A stretch of DNA of 64,000 bases from Longimicrobiales bacterium (GTDB taxonomy: Bacteria; Gemmatimonadota; Gemmatimonadetes; Longimicrobiales; Gaopeijiaceae), in NCBI GenBank assembly GCA_965116905.1, contig OZ220732.1:3648001-3712000 (forward strand). Direction: 5' to 3'. Below, one piece after another: positions 38,640 through 47,121 of this stretch (the stretch's first letter is position 1; each line of letters starts with the position of its first letter). The notes beneath the pieces are model-generated. The model was not told the DNA's origin, did not search any database, and was given only the letters and a program-made list of their open reading frames with translations. The translations under genes and the position numbers were made by a program.

Positions 38640-41600
38640 CCCGGCCACCTCGGAATCGGCCGGCCCGGGGTCCACGGCACGCCCGCGGCCTCCATTTCCG
38701 CTTCCAGCGCGGCCAGGTCGCCCTCCACCAGCGCCCGCAGCGCCTCCGACATCTCGGCCAACTGCGCCGACGCCACCGCGTAGCTGTCGCGCTGGGTGGT
38801 TGTGGGCGCGGACGTCGCCCTGAACTGCGCCCCCACGACGCGCGAGACGCGCTGCATGACCGACGGGGGCGCGAACTCGGCCCGATCAAGCGCGGTGCGG
38901 TCGCGCGACAGCACGCGCCGGATCTCGAAGAGCCGCGCCTCGAAGGCGGTGATGCGCGTCTCGTAGGGGGCCGCATCCATGCCGGGAGCGGCGCGCACCG
39001 CACGGCGTAGCAGTGTCAGCCGCTCCGAGGTCTCCCTCGCCGCGCGGTCCACCGCGACGGCGGCCCGCTGCAACTCGGCGACCTCGCGCTGGAAGGCCAG
39101 CAGCGCGTCGCGGTCGGCGGCGGCGAGGGTGGCTGTGCCGAGCGGCTTCACGGTGAAGGACCGGGGCGCGGTGAGATCCTCGTGGCCGTCGCCGGTCACC
39201 AGGACGACTCGCGCCGAGAACTCGCCGGGGGCCACCATGGGGCCATCCGCCTCGCCGCCCCCGGGCGAAGGCGGCTGCAGCGACGCGTACCGCAGGTCCC
39301 AGGCAATGCGGTGCAGCCCCGCCCTTCCCGGAGCGGGCACGCGCCGCACCACATCGCCCGCCGCGTCGGATACCACCACGAACACCTCGGGCGGCCGTTC
39401 CATGTCTTCGGCGGTCAGCGTGGCCTGGTCGGGGTAGGCAATGTCTTCGCCCCGTGCCAGGGCCTCCCGCTCCAGCCGCTGGCGCTGCTCCTTCAGCGAC
39501 TCGTAGCCGTCGCGCAGGTAGTAGGTGAATACGGCGCCGAAGGGCGGGTTGGGTGCCGTGAAGAAGGCGTCGCCAAATGTCCCCTTCTGCTGGCCGCCCA
39601 GCGGCCGCGCCGGGATGTAGGCCCAGGGGTCCTTCACGGGGAAGAAGTGGGCGGCGACCGACACGCGGGCGGCGGCCGACGGGCCGGCGGCACCTGCGTC
39701 GCCCGCCGCACCCGGTTCGCTGGCCGCGCCCGCCACCGCCTCGTCCATCTCGCGGAGTGGCGAGTAGTCGTCCAGGATGTAGAAGCCGCGGCCGAAGGTC
39801 GCGAGCACGAGGTCGTCCTCACGGCGCTGGATCTCGAGGTCGCGCACCGCGATCGTCGGCAGTCCTCCGCGCAGGCGCACCCACGAGGTGCCTCCGTCAC
39901 GCGTCACGAAGAGCCCGAACTCGGTGCCCAGGAAGAGCAGGTCCGGGTCGACGTGGTCCTCCATGAGCGTCCAGGTCGACTGCCCGTCGGGGACGTCTCC
40001 GGTGATGTTCGTCCAGCTCGCGCCCCGGTCGTCGCTCCGCGCCACGTACGGCGTGAAGTCCCCCTCCTTGTGGTTGTTGAAGACGGCGTAGACCCGGTCC
40101 GCCATGTGCCGGGACGCCACCACGTCGGCCACGTACGCTCTCGCAGGCACACCGGGAAAGGCCTCCTGCCGGCGCCACCCGCCACCTCCGTCCTCGCTCA
40201 CCTGCACGAGTCCGTCATCCGTGCCTACATACAGCAGCCCTTCGGCCAGGGGCGACTCGTCGAGCGCCACGATCGTGCCGTAGGGGGAAGTGAAGACGTT
40301 CTTCCAGACGGCCTCGGGCGGCCAGATCCGGCCCATCACCGGCCGCTGGTTGCGGTCGAGCCCGCGGCTGAGGTCCCCGCTGACGGCGGTCCACGTCTCG
40401 GCACGGTCGTCGGAGCGGAAGAGCTTCTGGGCCGCGAAGTAGATGCGGCGCGAGTTGTGCGGGCTGATGATCAGCGGCGAGTCCCAGTGCCAGCGGAGCG
40501 CCCCCTCCCCCGCCTCCGGCTGCGGCTGGATGTCCAGCTCCTCGCCGCTCGCCCGGTCGTAGCGGACGATGCCCGCATACTGGGACTGCGTGTAGACGAT
40601 GTTCGGGTCGTCCGGATCGACGCGCGCCTGGAACCCGTCGCCGCCGTGGGTGATGAACCAGTCGCTGTTGCGGATCCCGTGCACGTTGTCGGTGCGCGAC
40701 GGCCCGCCCACGGAGGAGTTGTCCTGCGTGCCGCCGTACACCGTGTAGAAGGGCGACATGTTGTCGATGCCGACGCGGTAGAACTGCATCAGCGGCATGT
40801 TGCCGGAGACGTAGCGCCAGGTGCGGGTGCCGTCGAAGGTCTCGTAGAGCCCGCCGTCGCTGCCGACCAGCATGTAGTCGGGGTCGTCCGGGTCGAAGAC
40901 GATCTCGTGGTTGTCGACGTGCTTGAAGCGCGTGTTGACCTGGTCGAAGGTGCGGCCCCCGTCGTTGGTGACGTGGATGATCACGTCCACCGCGTAGACC
41001 CGGTCCATGCGGTGGGGGTCCGGGTAGAGCTCGCCGTAGTACTGCGGGTCGACGACGATGTAGTCCGACATGCGCACCCACGTCTCGCCCCGGTCGGGGG
41101 AACGGTAGAAGCCGCTCCGGTCCTCGGTGGCGGCGGCATTTGCGTAGAGCACGTCCGGGTCAATGGGGGAAACGGCCAGCGCGATGCGGCCGAGGTCGCC
41201 GGCCGGCAGCCCGCTCGTGATGTCGCGCCAGGTCTCGCCGCCGTCGGTACTCTTCCAGACGCCGGACTCGGGCCCGCCGGCGACGAGCACTCCGACGTGG
41301 CGGCGCCGCTGAAAGGCCACCGCGTATAGCACGTCGGGGTCGCGCGGGTCGAGGTGCACGTCCGCGATGCCGGTGTTTTCGCTGATCTCCAGCACCGGGG
41401 TCCAGGTGGCGCCGCCGTCGGTGGTCTTGAAGAGGCCGCGGTCGCCGCCGGGAGCCCACAGCCCGCCCATGGCCGCCGCGTACACCACGTCCGGGTCGCG
41501 CGGATCGATCAGGATCTGGCCGATGTGCTCCGAGGTCCCCAACCCCGTGTTGGTCCAGCTGCGCCCGCCGTCGAGGCTCTTGTAGACGCCGTCGCCCCAG

Positions 41601-41968
41601 CCGACGCTGCGCTGGCTGGTGTTCTCGCCGGTCCCGAGCCAGATCACGTTCGAATCGGTGGGATCGATGGCGATGGAGCCGGTGGAGTAGGACGGATAGT
41701 CGTCGAAGATGGGCGTCCAGGTCGTGCCGCGGTTCTCGGTCTTCCACACGTTCGACGAGGAGGTCGCGACGTACCAGACGCTCCGGTTGGAGGGGTCGAC
41801 CGCCACGTCCGCGATCCGGCCGGACATGAAGGCCGGTCCGATGCCGCGGAGTTCTAGGGCGGAGAGGAGGGCCTCGTCGACGGCGGGGGATTGGGCGTGG
41901 AGCGGGGCTAAGGTGGTGCAGAGGGCGGCCGCGAGGGTGAGGGTGGTGGTGGTGGTGAAGCGACTCAT
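38636..41968 (-). CDS. VPS10/BNR-repeat glycosyl hydrolase-like exported protein
   Basis: Signal peptide; IGPAFMSGRI; many Asp-box repeats (SxDGGxTW); C-terminal coiled coil. Confidence 0.88.
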   Translation of the reverse strand: MSRFTTTTTLTLAAALCTTLAPLHAQSPAVDEALLSALELRGIGPAFMSGRIADVAVDPSNRSVWYVATSSSNVWKTENRGTTWTPIFDDYPSYSTGSIAIDPTDSNVIWLGTGENTSQRSVGWGDGVYKSLDGGRSWTNTGLGTSEHIGQILIDPRDPDVVYAAAMGGLWAPGGDRGLFKTTDGGATWTPVLEISENTGIADVHLDPRDPDVLYAVAFQRRRHVGVLVAGGPESGVWKSTDGGETWRDITSGLPAGDLGRIALAVSPIDPDVLYANAAATEDRSGFYRSPDRGETWVRMSDYIVVDPQYYGELYPDPHRMDRVYAVDVIIHVTNDGGRTFDQVNTRFKHVDNHEIVFDPDDPDYMLVGSDGGLYETFDGTRTWRYVSGNMPLMQFYRVGIDNMSPFYTVYGGTQDNSSVGGPSRTDNVHGIRNSDWFITHGGDGFQARVDPDDPNIVYTQSQYAGIVRYDRASGEELDIQPQPEAGEGALRWHWDSPLIISPHNSRRIYFAAQKLFRSDDRAETWTAVSGDLSRGLDRNQRPVMGRIWPPEAVWKNVFTSPYGTIVALDESPLAEGLLYVGTDDGLVQVSEDGGGGWRRQEAFPGVPARAYVADVVASRHMADRVYAVFNNHKEGDFTPYVARSDDRGASWTNITGDVPDGQSTWTLMEDHVDPDLLFLGTEFGLFVTRDGGTSWVRLRGGLPTIAVRDLEIQRREDDLVLATFGRGFYILDDYSPLREMDEAVAGAASEPGAAGDAGAAGPSAAARVSVAAHFFPVKDPWAYIPARPLGGQQKGTFGDAFFTAPNPPFGAVFTYYLRDGYESLKEQRQRLEREALARGEDIAYPDQATLTAEDMERPPEVFVVVSDAAGDVVRRVPAPGRAGLHRIAWDLRYASLQPPSPGGGEADGPMVAPGEFSARVVLVTGDGHEDLTAPRSFTVKPLGTATLAAADRDALLAFQREVAELQRAAVAVDRAARETSERLTLLRRAVRAAPGMDAAPYETRITAFEARLFEIRRVLSRDRTALDRAEFAPPSVMQRVSRVVGAQFRATSAPTTTQRDSYAVASAQLAEMSEALRALVEGDLAALEAEMEAAGVPWTPGRPIPRWPG

Positions 41969-42190
41969 GCGTGGCCTCGGTTTCGGTTGCGGCTGGATTC
42001 GGCGCGTTCAGCTAGCAGGATGCTTCCGGTGGCACGCCCCCGCAATCACCGCCGAACCGGCACCCTACCGCGTCTTCGCCTCGCCGATGTTGTTTCGCGC
42101 CAACGAGAGCGCGCGTCCCGGGGGTCAGGGGGCTGACGCTGGACGGTGCGGGCGGTCCGGCGCTCGGCGTCGGCAACCACACGCGCTTAA

Positions 42191-42207
42191 CTGGCACTCC
42201 TCGTGCG
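42191..42207 (+). promoter_or_regulatory. Possible sigma54 -24/-12 promoter
   Basis: CTGGCAC-TCCTC-GTGC fits GG-N10-GC; no annotated plus-strand gene follows directly. Confidence 0.35.
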
Positions 42208-42351
42208 CATATCTCTATAAGTTACTGTTTGGTAGTAATTTACAATGTGCGCACAAATGCCGCCGCGACGATCATATTGCCGTCCAACTGACAAAGACAC
42301 TGAAGGGGTCGTCTCGCCCTTACTGGACTGATGCGATCGCGAACCCCGCAA

Positions 42352-43083
42352 TCATCCCAGCTCCCAGAACTCCCCGCTCAACCCCGCGTCCCGCAGCAGC
42401 GCCTGCCTGGCCCGGGCCGAATACGGCCGCCATGCGTCGTCGAGCCGCCCCGCGTACCAGTCGTGGCTCAACTCGCCCAGCACCTCGACCGGGACGATGG
42501 CGCCGGGATCCCCGCCCCGCCCCCGCTCCCACGCTCTCGCATCCGCTTCCGACCGGAAGGCCACGATGTTGCGTCAGGTGAAGCCGATGTCGTCCCAGAA
42601 GTCGCGCACGGGCACGGCCAGGCGGACAACGGCTCCGCGAGGCCCGGCCCGGCCACGCGTCATGGTCAGGTCGAAACGCGTGCCCGACTGGGGACAGCTG
42701 GCGCGCGTCCGGCCATCGGTGTCGAGAAGCAGGGGAATCGCCAGCGCGTCCCAGGCGCAGTTCGCCCAATACGCGGCGGCAGGCGTCTCGACCCGGTACG
42801 GCGTGGGCACAGCCGAGAACGGGTGGGCCATCCAGACTTCGCCGCGTCGATCCAGCGCCAGCACGCGGGCGTCGGCGAGGAAGCGAAGGGCCCCCTCGAT
42901 CCCGGTTTCGGCCGCGCCAGTTTCGACTGCGCCAGTTCCGGCCGCGCCGGTTTCGGCCGCGCCGAGGTCGGCGGCAAGCTCGGCGGCGAGTTCGGCGCGC
43001 GATGGCACCGTCCCGGTGTCCCGGATCCGGCGGTAGAGGTGGCCGCGCAGGCGCCAGGCGAAGGCTTCGGCGGGCGCGGTCAT
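42352..43083 (-). CDS. merB: MerB-like organometallic (alkylmercury) lyase selenoprotein (about 243 aa, Sec at codon 170)
   Basis: AHPFSAVPTPYRV, WANCAWDAL (MerB Cys96/Asp99 equivalent), SCPQSG, then FWDDIGFT-TGA-RNIVAFRSEADARAW in frame with ORF 42352..42564. The TGA (42574-42576) sits at the position equivalent to the second catalytic Cys. Confidence 0.82.
42537..42576 (-). promoter_or_regulatory. Putative SECIS element of the MerB-like gene
   Basis: Minus strand: TGA CGCAACATCGTGGC CTTCC GGTC GGAAG CGGATGCG. Upper stem CTTCC/GGAAG with GGTC loop 20 nt after the TGA; lower CATC/GATG pairing. Confidence 0.7.
42902..42961. repeat. In-frame 15-bp tandem repeat x4 in the MerB-like gene
   Basis: CCGGTTTCGGCCGCG / CCAGTTTCGACTGCG / CCAGTTCCGGCCGCG / CCGGTTTCGGCCGCG, encoding AAETG-AAGTG-AVETG-AAETG. 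Confidence 0.9.
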
Positions 43084-43517
43084 GGGTTCGGCGACGCCGT
43101 CCGGCGTCTCCAGTCCAGCCATGCATCCAGGCTCAGGCGGTCCTCTTCGAACAGGGCCAGCACCACGATCAGCAGCAGGACGCGCGGGATGACGTGGGTG
43201 TGGAACGCGTACAGCGGCTCGGCCAGGAGATGCCCGAAGGTGACGAGCATGAGGACGCATCCCAGCCCGACCGCCGCCGCGAAGCGCTTCCAGCCGGTCA
43301 GCATGAGGGCGCCGCCGATCAGTTCGACGTAGGGGACCACGACGCCGGTAAACCAGAGCGACCACTCGGGCAGCGGGCCCGAGGCGTAGGGCTCCACGAA
43401 GAGGCTCCTGGCATGCTCGACCGCGCCGAGCTGGAACACCTTCCAGAAACCGGCGGCGAAGAAGATGAGGCCCAGGATCACCCGTGCCACGAACACGGCC
43501 CAACACTTCGGTGTCAT
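43080..43517 (-). CDS. DoxX-family membrane protein
   Basis: RVILGLIFFAAGFWK, PYVELIGGALMLTG, SLDAW; its stop overlaps the MerB-like start (ATGA). Confidence 0.85.
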   Translation of the reverse strand: MTPKCWAVFVARVILGLIFFAAGFWKVFQLGAVEHARSLFVEPYASGPLPEWSLWFTGVVVPYVELIGGALMLTGWKRFAAAVGLGCVLMLVTFGHLLAEPLYAFHTHVIPRVLLLIVVLALFEEDRLSLDAWLDWRRRTASPNP

Positions 43518-43622
43518 CGTCTGTCCTCTCCCAACCGGGCCCGCCGAAACCTCGTCGGTGGCCGCTCCGTAGTAACCGATTCACGCAGGTGGACAACCTT
43601 CACTCTCGATACACGGCGAGCA

Positions 43623-43688
43623 ATGAGACCGACGACCCACAAGGCCAGGGACCGCGTCGCATCCGCGACCAGGGGGAGAGCGCCATAG
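43623..43688 (+). CDS. Putative leader peptide MRPTTHKARDRVASATRGRAP
   Basis: 21-codon uORF ending 30 nt before a terminator hairpin in the ABC transporter leader; RBS is weak. Confidence 0.45.
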   Translation: MRPTTHKARDRVASATRGRAP

Positions 43689-43718
43689 AACGGTAGCCAG
43701 GACGTTCATCGGGACCGC

Positions 43719-43765
43719 ATCGGCCCTCAGGCGCTCGCATCGCCAGGGGGCCGATTTCTTTTTTT
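43719..43765 (+). terminator. Intrinsic terminator (attenuator) directly upstream of the ABC transporter
   Basis: Stem ATCGGCCCTC/GGGGGCCGAT with inner GGCG/CGCC, followed by TTCTTTTTTT, ending 18 nt before ATG 43784. Confidence 0.85.
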
Positions 43766-43783
43766 GGGGAGCCAGCAGAACAC

Positions 43784-46117
43784 ATGTCACACCTGACACA
43801 AGACCTGAGAATCATCGAGCGCTACACGGATCAGCCGGCGCGCATGCCCGCCGAGCTGCGGCGGCGCATCGAGGACCGCTGGGACGGGGAACCCGTGCAG
43901 CTCTACGCGATGGCCGACCTGGACGAGGCCATGACGCTCACCGAGCGGTGGTTCGCCGTGGGACCCTCGCGTGGGGCAACCGCGACCCGGCGCAGCGACG
44001 GCTCATGGAGGATCGACTCCTTCGAGCGCCGCGATGTGGAGGGCGTCCGGGAGATACCCGGCCTGAGCAGCACGGTCCTCCTGGTCCTGGGCCCCGCGGG
44101 TGAGCGGCCCCTGGCGAGCCTGCGCTACACGCATCGCCAGCGGCGCGCGATGGAGAATCTGCGCTTCGTGCTGGAACACGGGATCGCGCCGGCGGCCGCC
44201 GTGCTCAGCGCGGATGGCGAGGACGGCGCGGAGCTCGATGGCGAGGACGCCAGGTCACTCGCCGACGCGGACCTCGAGTACGAACGAGGCGTGGCCGGCC
44301 CCGTGCGGGAGGCGCAGGCCCTGGTGGGCGGTACGCGCAGGGCGGTTCTGTGGAGGCTGCTCAGCTACCTGGGGCCATACAAGACCCGGATGCTGGCCGG
44401 TTTCGCCGCGGCCGCCCTCATCACCGGGGTGAGCCTCGTGCCGCCCTTCCTGGCGGGCTACCTGATCGACGAGGTCGTCCGGCCCGCCCGTGACGGGTCG
44501 CTCGCGATGGCCGACGCTCTGCGGACGGCGTGGATCGCGGTCGCCGCCATGGCCCTGCTGTACCTGGTGCGGGAGGGGGCGGCCCACGTCCGCCTGAAGC
44601 AGATGAGCGTGCTCGGAGAATTCGTGGCGCGGGACCTGCGCACCGAACTGTACGAGCACCTGCAGCGTCTGAGTCTGAGCTTCTATGCCCGGAAGAAGAC
44701 GGGCGGCCTCATCACCCGGGTGAGCTCGGACACGGACCGGCTGTGGGAGTTTCTGGCGTTCGGGATCGTGGACGTATCGCTGTCGGCGGTGATGCTCGCG
44801 GGGCTGAGCGCTGTGCTGCTCAACCTGGACTGGCGGCTGGGGCTCGTCATGATCCTTCCGGTGCCTCTGCTGTGCTGGTCGATCTTCCGGCACGGCGAGC
44901 GCATCCACCGCCTGTTCGCGCGGGCGTGGCGGAAGTGGTCGGGCCTTACGGACATCCTGTCGGACACGATCCCCGGGATGCGCGTCGTGAAGGCGTTCAA
45001 CCAGGAGGACCGCGAGAAGCAGCGCTTCAACGCCAGCAACGACGCCGCGATGGGCGAGTTCAACCGCATCCACCGCGTCTGGACCTTCTTCTGGCCGGCG
45101 CTGATGCTGGGTGTGCACGTCATGACCATGGCCGTGTGGGCGCTGGCGGTTCCGCGGCTCCTCGGTACACCGGGAAGCTCCGGCAACCTCACCCCGGGCA
45201 CGTTCGTCTCGTTCCTCCTGTACATGACGATGTACGTGCAGCCCATCGAGGTCATCGGCCAGATGGCCAGGGTGATGAACCGGGCGACGAGTTCCGCCCA
45301 CCGCGTCTTCGAGGTGCTGGACACCGAACCGGAGGTGCGGGACAGGGCGCGCCCCGTGCGGCTGGAACCGGTCCGCGGGGCCGTGGAGTTCGACTCGGTG
45401 ACCTTCGGCTACGACGGCGTCAAGCAGGTGGTGAAGGGCGTGTCCTTCTCGGTCCAACCCGGCGAGATGATCGGACTCGTAGGGCCGTCGGGCGGCGGAA
45501 AGACGACCGTCACCAACCTCATCGCGCGCTTCTACGACGCCACGGGCGGGCGCGTGCTGATCGACGACACCGACGTTCGCACACTCGACACGGGCCACTA
45601 TCGGCGCCAGATCGGGATCGTGCTGCAGGACCCGTACCTGTTCCACGGCTCCATCCTCGAAAACATCCGCTACGGCGACCCGGAGGCGTCGCTCGACGCG
45701 GTGGTGGAGGCGTCGCGGGCGGCCAATGCGCACGACTTCATCTGCCGGCTGCCGCTGGGCTACGACACGGTTGTCGGGGAACGCGGGCAGACGCTGTCCG
45801 GGGGTGAGCGCCAGCGCGTGTCGATCGCCCGCGCGATCCTCCACGACCCGCGGATCCTGATTCTGGACGAGGCGACGTCGGCCGTCGACACCGAGACCGA
45901 GCGCAAGATCCAGGAGGCCATCGACCGGCTGGTTTCCGGCAGGACCGTGTTTGCCATCGCGCACCGGCTGTCCACGCTGGCGCGCGCGAACCGGATCTTT
46001 GTCATGAAGAACGGCTACCTCGTCGAGGCGGGTACCCAGGGAGAGCTGTTGGCGATCGAGAACGGCGTCTACCGGAGGCTTTACGAGTTGCAGATCGAAA
46101 TACGAAAGGACGATTGA
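43784..46117 (+). CDS. ABC exporter (fused TMD and NBD) with extra N-terminal domain, DUF1854-associated type
   Basis: Walker A GPSGGGKT, LSGGERQR, ILDEATS, IAHRLST; about 180-aa soluble N-terminal extension. Confidence 0.92.
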   Translation: MSHLTQDLRIIERYTDQPARMPAELRRRIEDRWDGEPVQLYAMADLDEAMTLTERWFAVGPSRGATATRRSDGSWRIDSFERRDVEGVREIPGLSSTVLLVLGPAGERPLASLRYTHRQRRAMENLRFVLEHGIAPAAAVLSADGEDGAELDGEDARSLADADLEYERGVAGPVREAQALVGGTRRAVLWRLLSYLGPYKTRMLAGFAAAALITGVSLVPPFLAGYLIDEVVRPARDGSLAMADALRTAWIAVAAMALLYLVREGAAHVRLKQMSVLGEFVARDLRTELYEHLQRLSLSFYARKKTGGLITRVSSDTDRLWEFLAFGIVDVSLSAVMLAGLSAVLLNLDWRLGLVMILPVPLLCWSIFRHGERIHRLFARAWRKWSGLTDILSDTIPGMRVVKAFNQEDREKQRFNASNDAAMGEFNRIHRVWTFFWPALMLGVHVMTMAVWALAVPRLLGTPGSSGNLTPGTFVSFLLYMTMYVQPIEVIGQMARVMNRATSSAHRVFEVLDTEPEVRDRARPVRLEPVRGAVEFDSVTFGYDGVKQVVKGVSFSVQPGEMIGLVGPSGGGKTTVTNLIARFYDATGGRVLIDDTDVRTLDTGHYRRQIGIVLQDPYLFHGSILENIRYGDPEASLDAVVEASRAANAHDFICRLPLGYDTVVGERGQTLSGGERQRVSIARAILHDPRILILDEATSAVDTETERKIQEAIDRLVSGRTVFAIAHRLSTLARANRIFVMKNGYLVEAGTQGELLAIENGVYRRLYELQIEIRKDD

Positions 46118-46118
46118 A

Positions 46119-46616
46119 GTGAACGACGCGAGAATGCAGAAGGGGACTTCAGACCGAGGCGCGGTCGTGCTCCGTTGGGGACCCGACGGCCAGCTGTGGG
46201 CCGAAACCGGGGGACGCCGCGCCCCCGTAGTGGTTCACCGGTGCTTTCCGTGGTCCGATCCGGCCCGGCACATCTCCCTGCGGGATCATGACGAGGAGGA
46301 GTTCGCCTACGTCCCCGACGTGTCGGAGCTGGAGGAGGAGTCGCGCGCGGCGCTGAAACGTGCGCTTGTCGCGGCCGGGTTCCTCCTGGAGATTACCGCG
46401 GTCGAAGACGTTACCGAGGAGGTTGAGATCCGGAACTGGGCAGTCCGAACACGCCAGGGATCGCGCCGGTTCCAGACACGGCTGGACGACTGGCCGGTCC
46501 GGATCGCCGGCGGGGGCCTGCTGATCCGCGACCTGGCCGGAGACCTCTATCACGTCCCCGATCCGGAGGCGCTGGATCCGGCCAGCCGCAAATGGCTCTG
46601 GGCGTACGCGGGGTAA
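46119..46616 (+). CDS. DUF1854 domain protein
   Basis: RCFPWSDP, WAVRTRQG, LLIRDLAGDLYHVPDPEALDPASR; follows the ABC exporter. Confidence 0.8.
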   Translation: MNDARMQKGTSDRGAVVLRWGPDGQLWAETGGRRAPVVVHRCFPWSDPARHISLRDHDEEEFAYVPDVSELEEESRAALKRALVAAGFLLEITAVEDVTEEVEIRNWAVRTRQGSRRFQTRLDDWPVRIAGGGLLIRDLAGDLYHVPDPEALDPASRKWLWAYAG

Positions 46617-47065
46617 TGATGCAGCGCGACTACATCCTGCGGATGATCGAGGAGCTGGGCGCGGTGCTCGTCGCGCTGCGCAACGCGATCCTGGGCCGAA
46701 CGGCGCGGGCCACCGACGTGGAGGACACGCTGCGCCGCGCGTCGGCAGGCGCGGGCATGGACCTGGATCTCGCCCGAGCGGCGTCCATCGACGCGCTGCC
46801 CGCGATGATGGCGCCGACGGGCGAGGTCGATCCCGCGCGCTGCTGGCTGCTGGCCGAGGTACTGATGACGGACGGGGTCAGCCGGCTGTCCTCGGGAGAG
46901 CCGGAGCTGGCCCGCTCCTCCCTGGCCAAGGCCGCCGCGCTCTTCACGCTGGTCGCGCCCGAAGGCGCCTTTCTGGCGGGATTCCCGGAGGCCGGCGAGC
47001 GCATCGAGGAGATCGAAGCGATGTTGGCCGGGATCACCCCCTCCGGAAACGGACGGTCATCCTGA
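46616..47065 (+). CDS. Hypothetical helical protein (DUF6483-like)
   Basis: N-terminal QRDYILRMIEELG; TAATG coupling to the DUF1854 gene. Confidence 0.7.
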   Translation: MMQRDYILRMIEELGAVLVALRNAILGRTARATDVEDTLRRASAGAGMDLDLARAASIDALPAMMAPTGEVDPARCWLLAEVLMTDGVSRLSSGEPELARSSLAKAAALFTLVAPEGAFLAGFPEAGERIEEIEAMLAGITPSGNGRSS

Positions 47066-47121
47066 CGGCCGATCTGGTCACCTGACAGACCGAGCCCGGC
47101 CACCTCGACGGTCCGAGCCCT

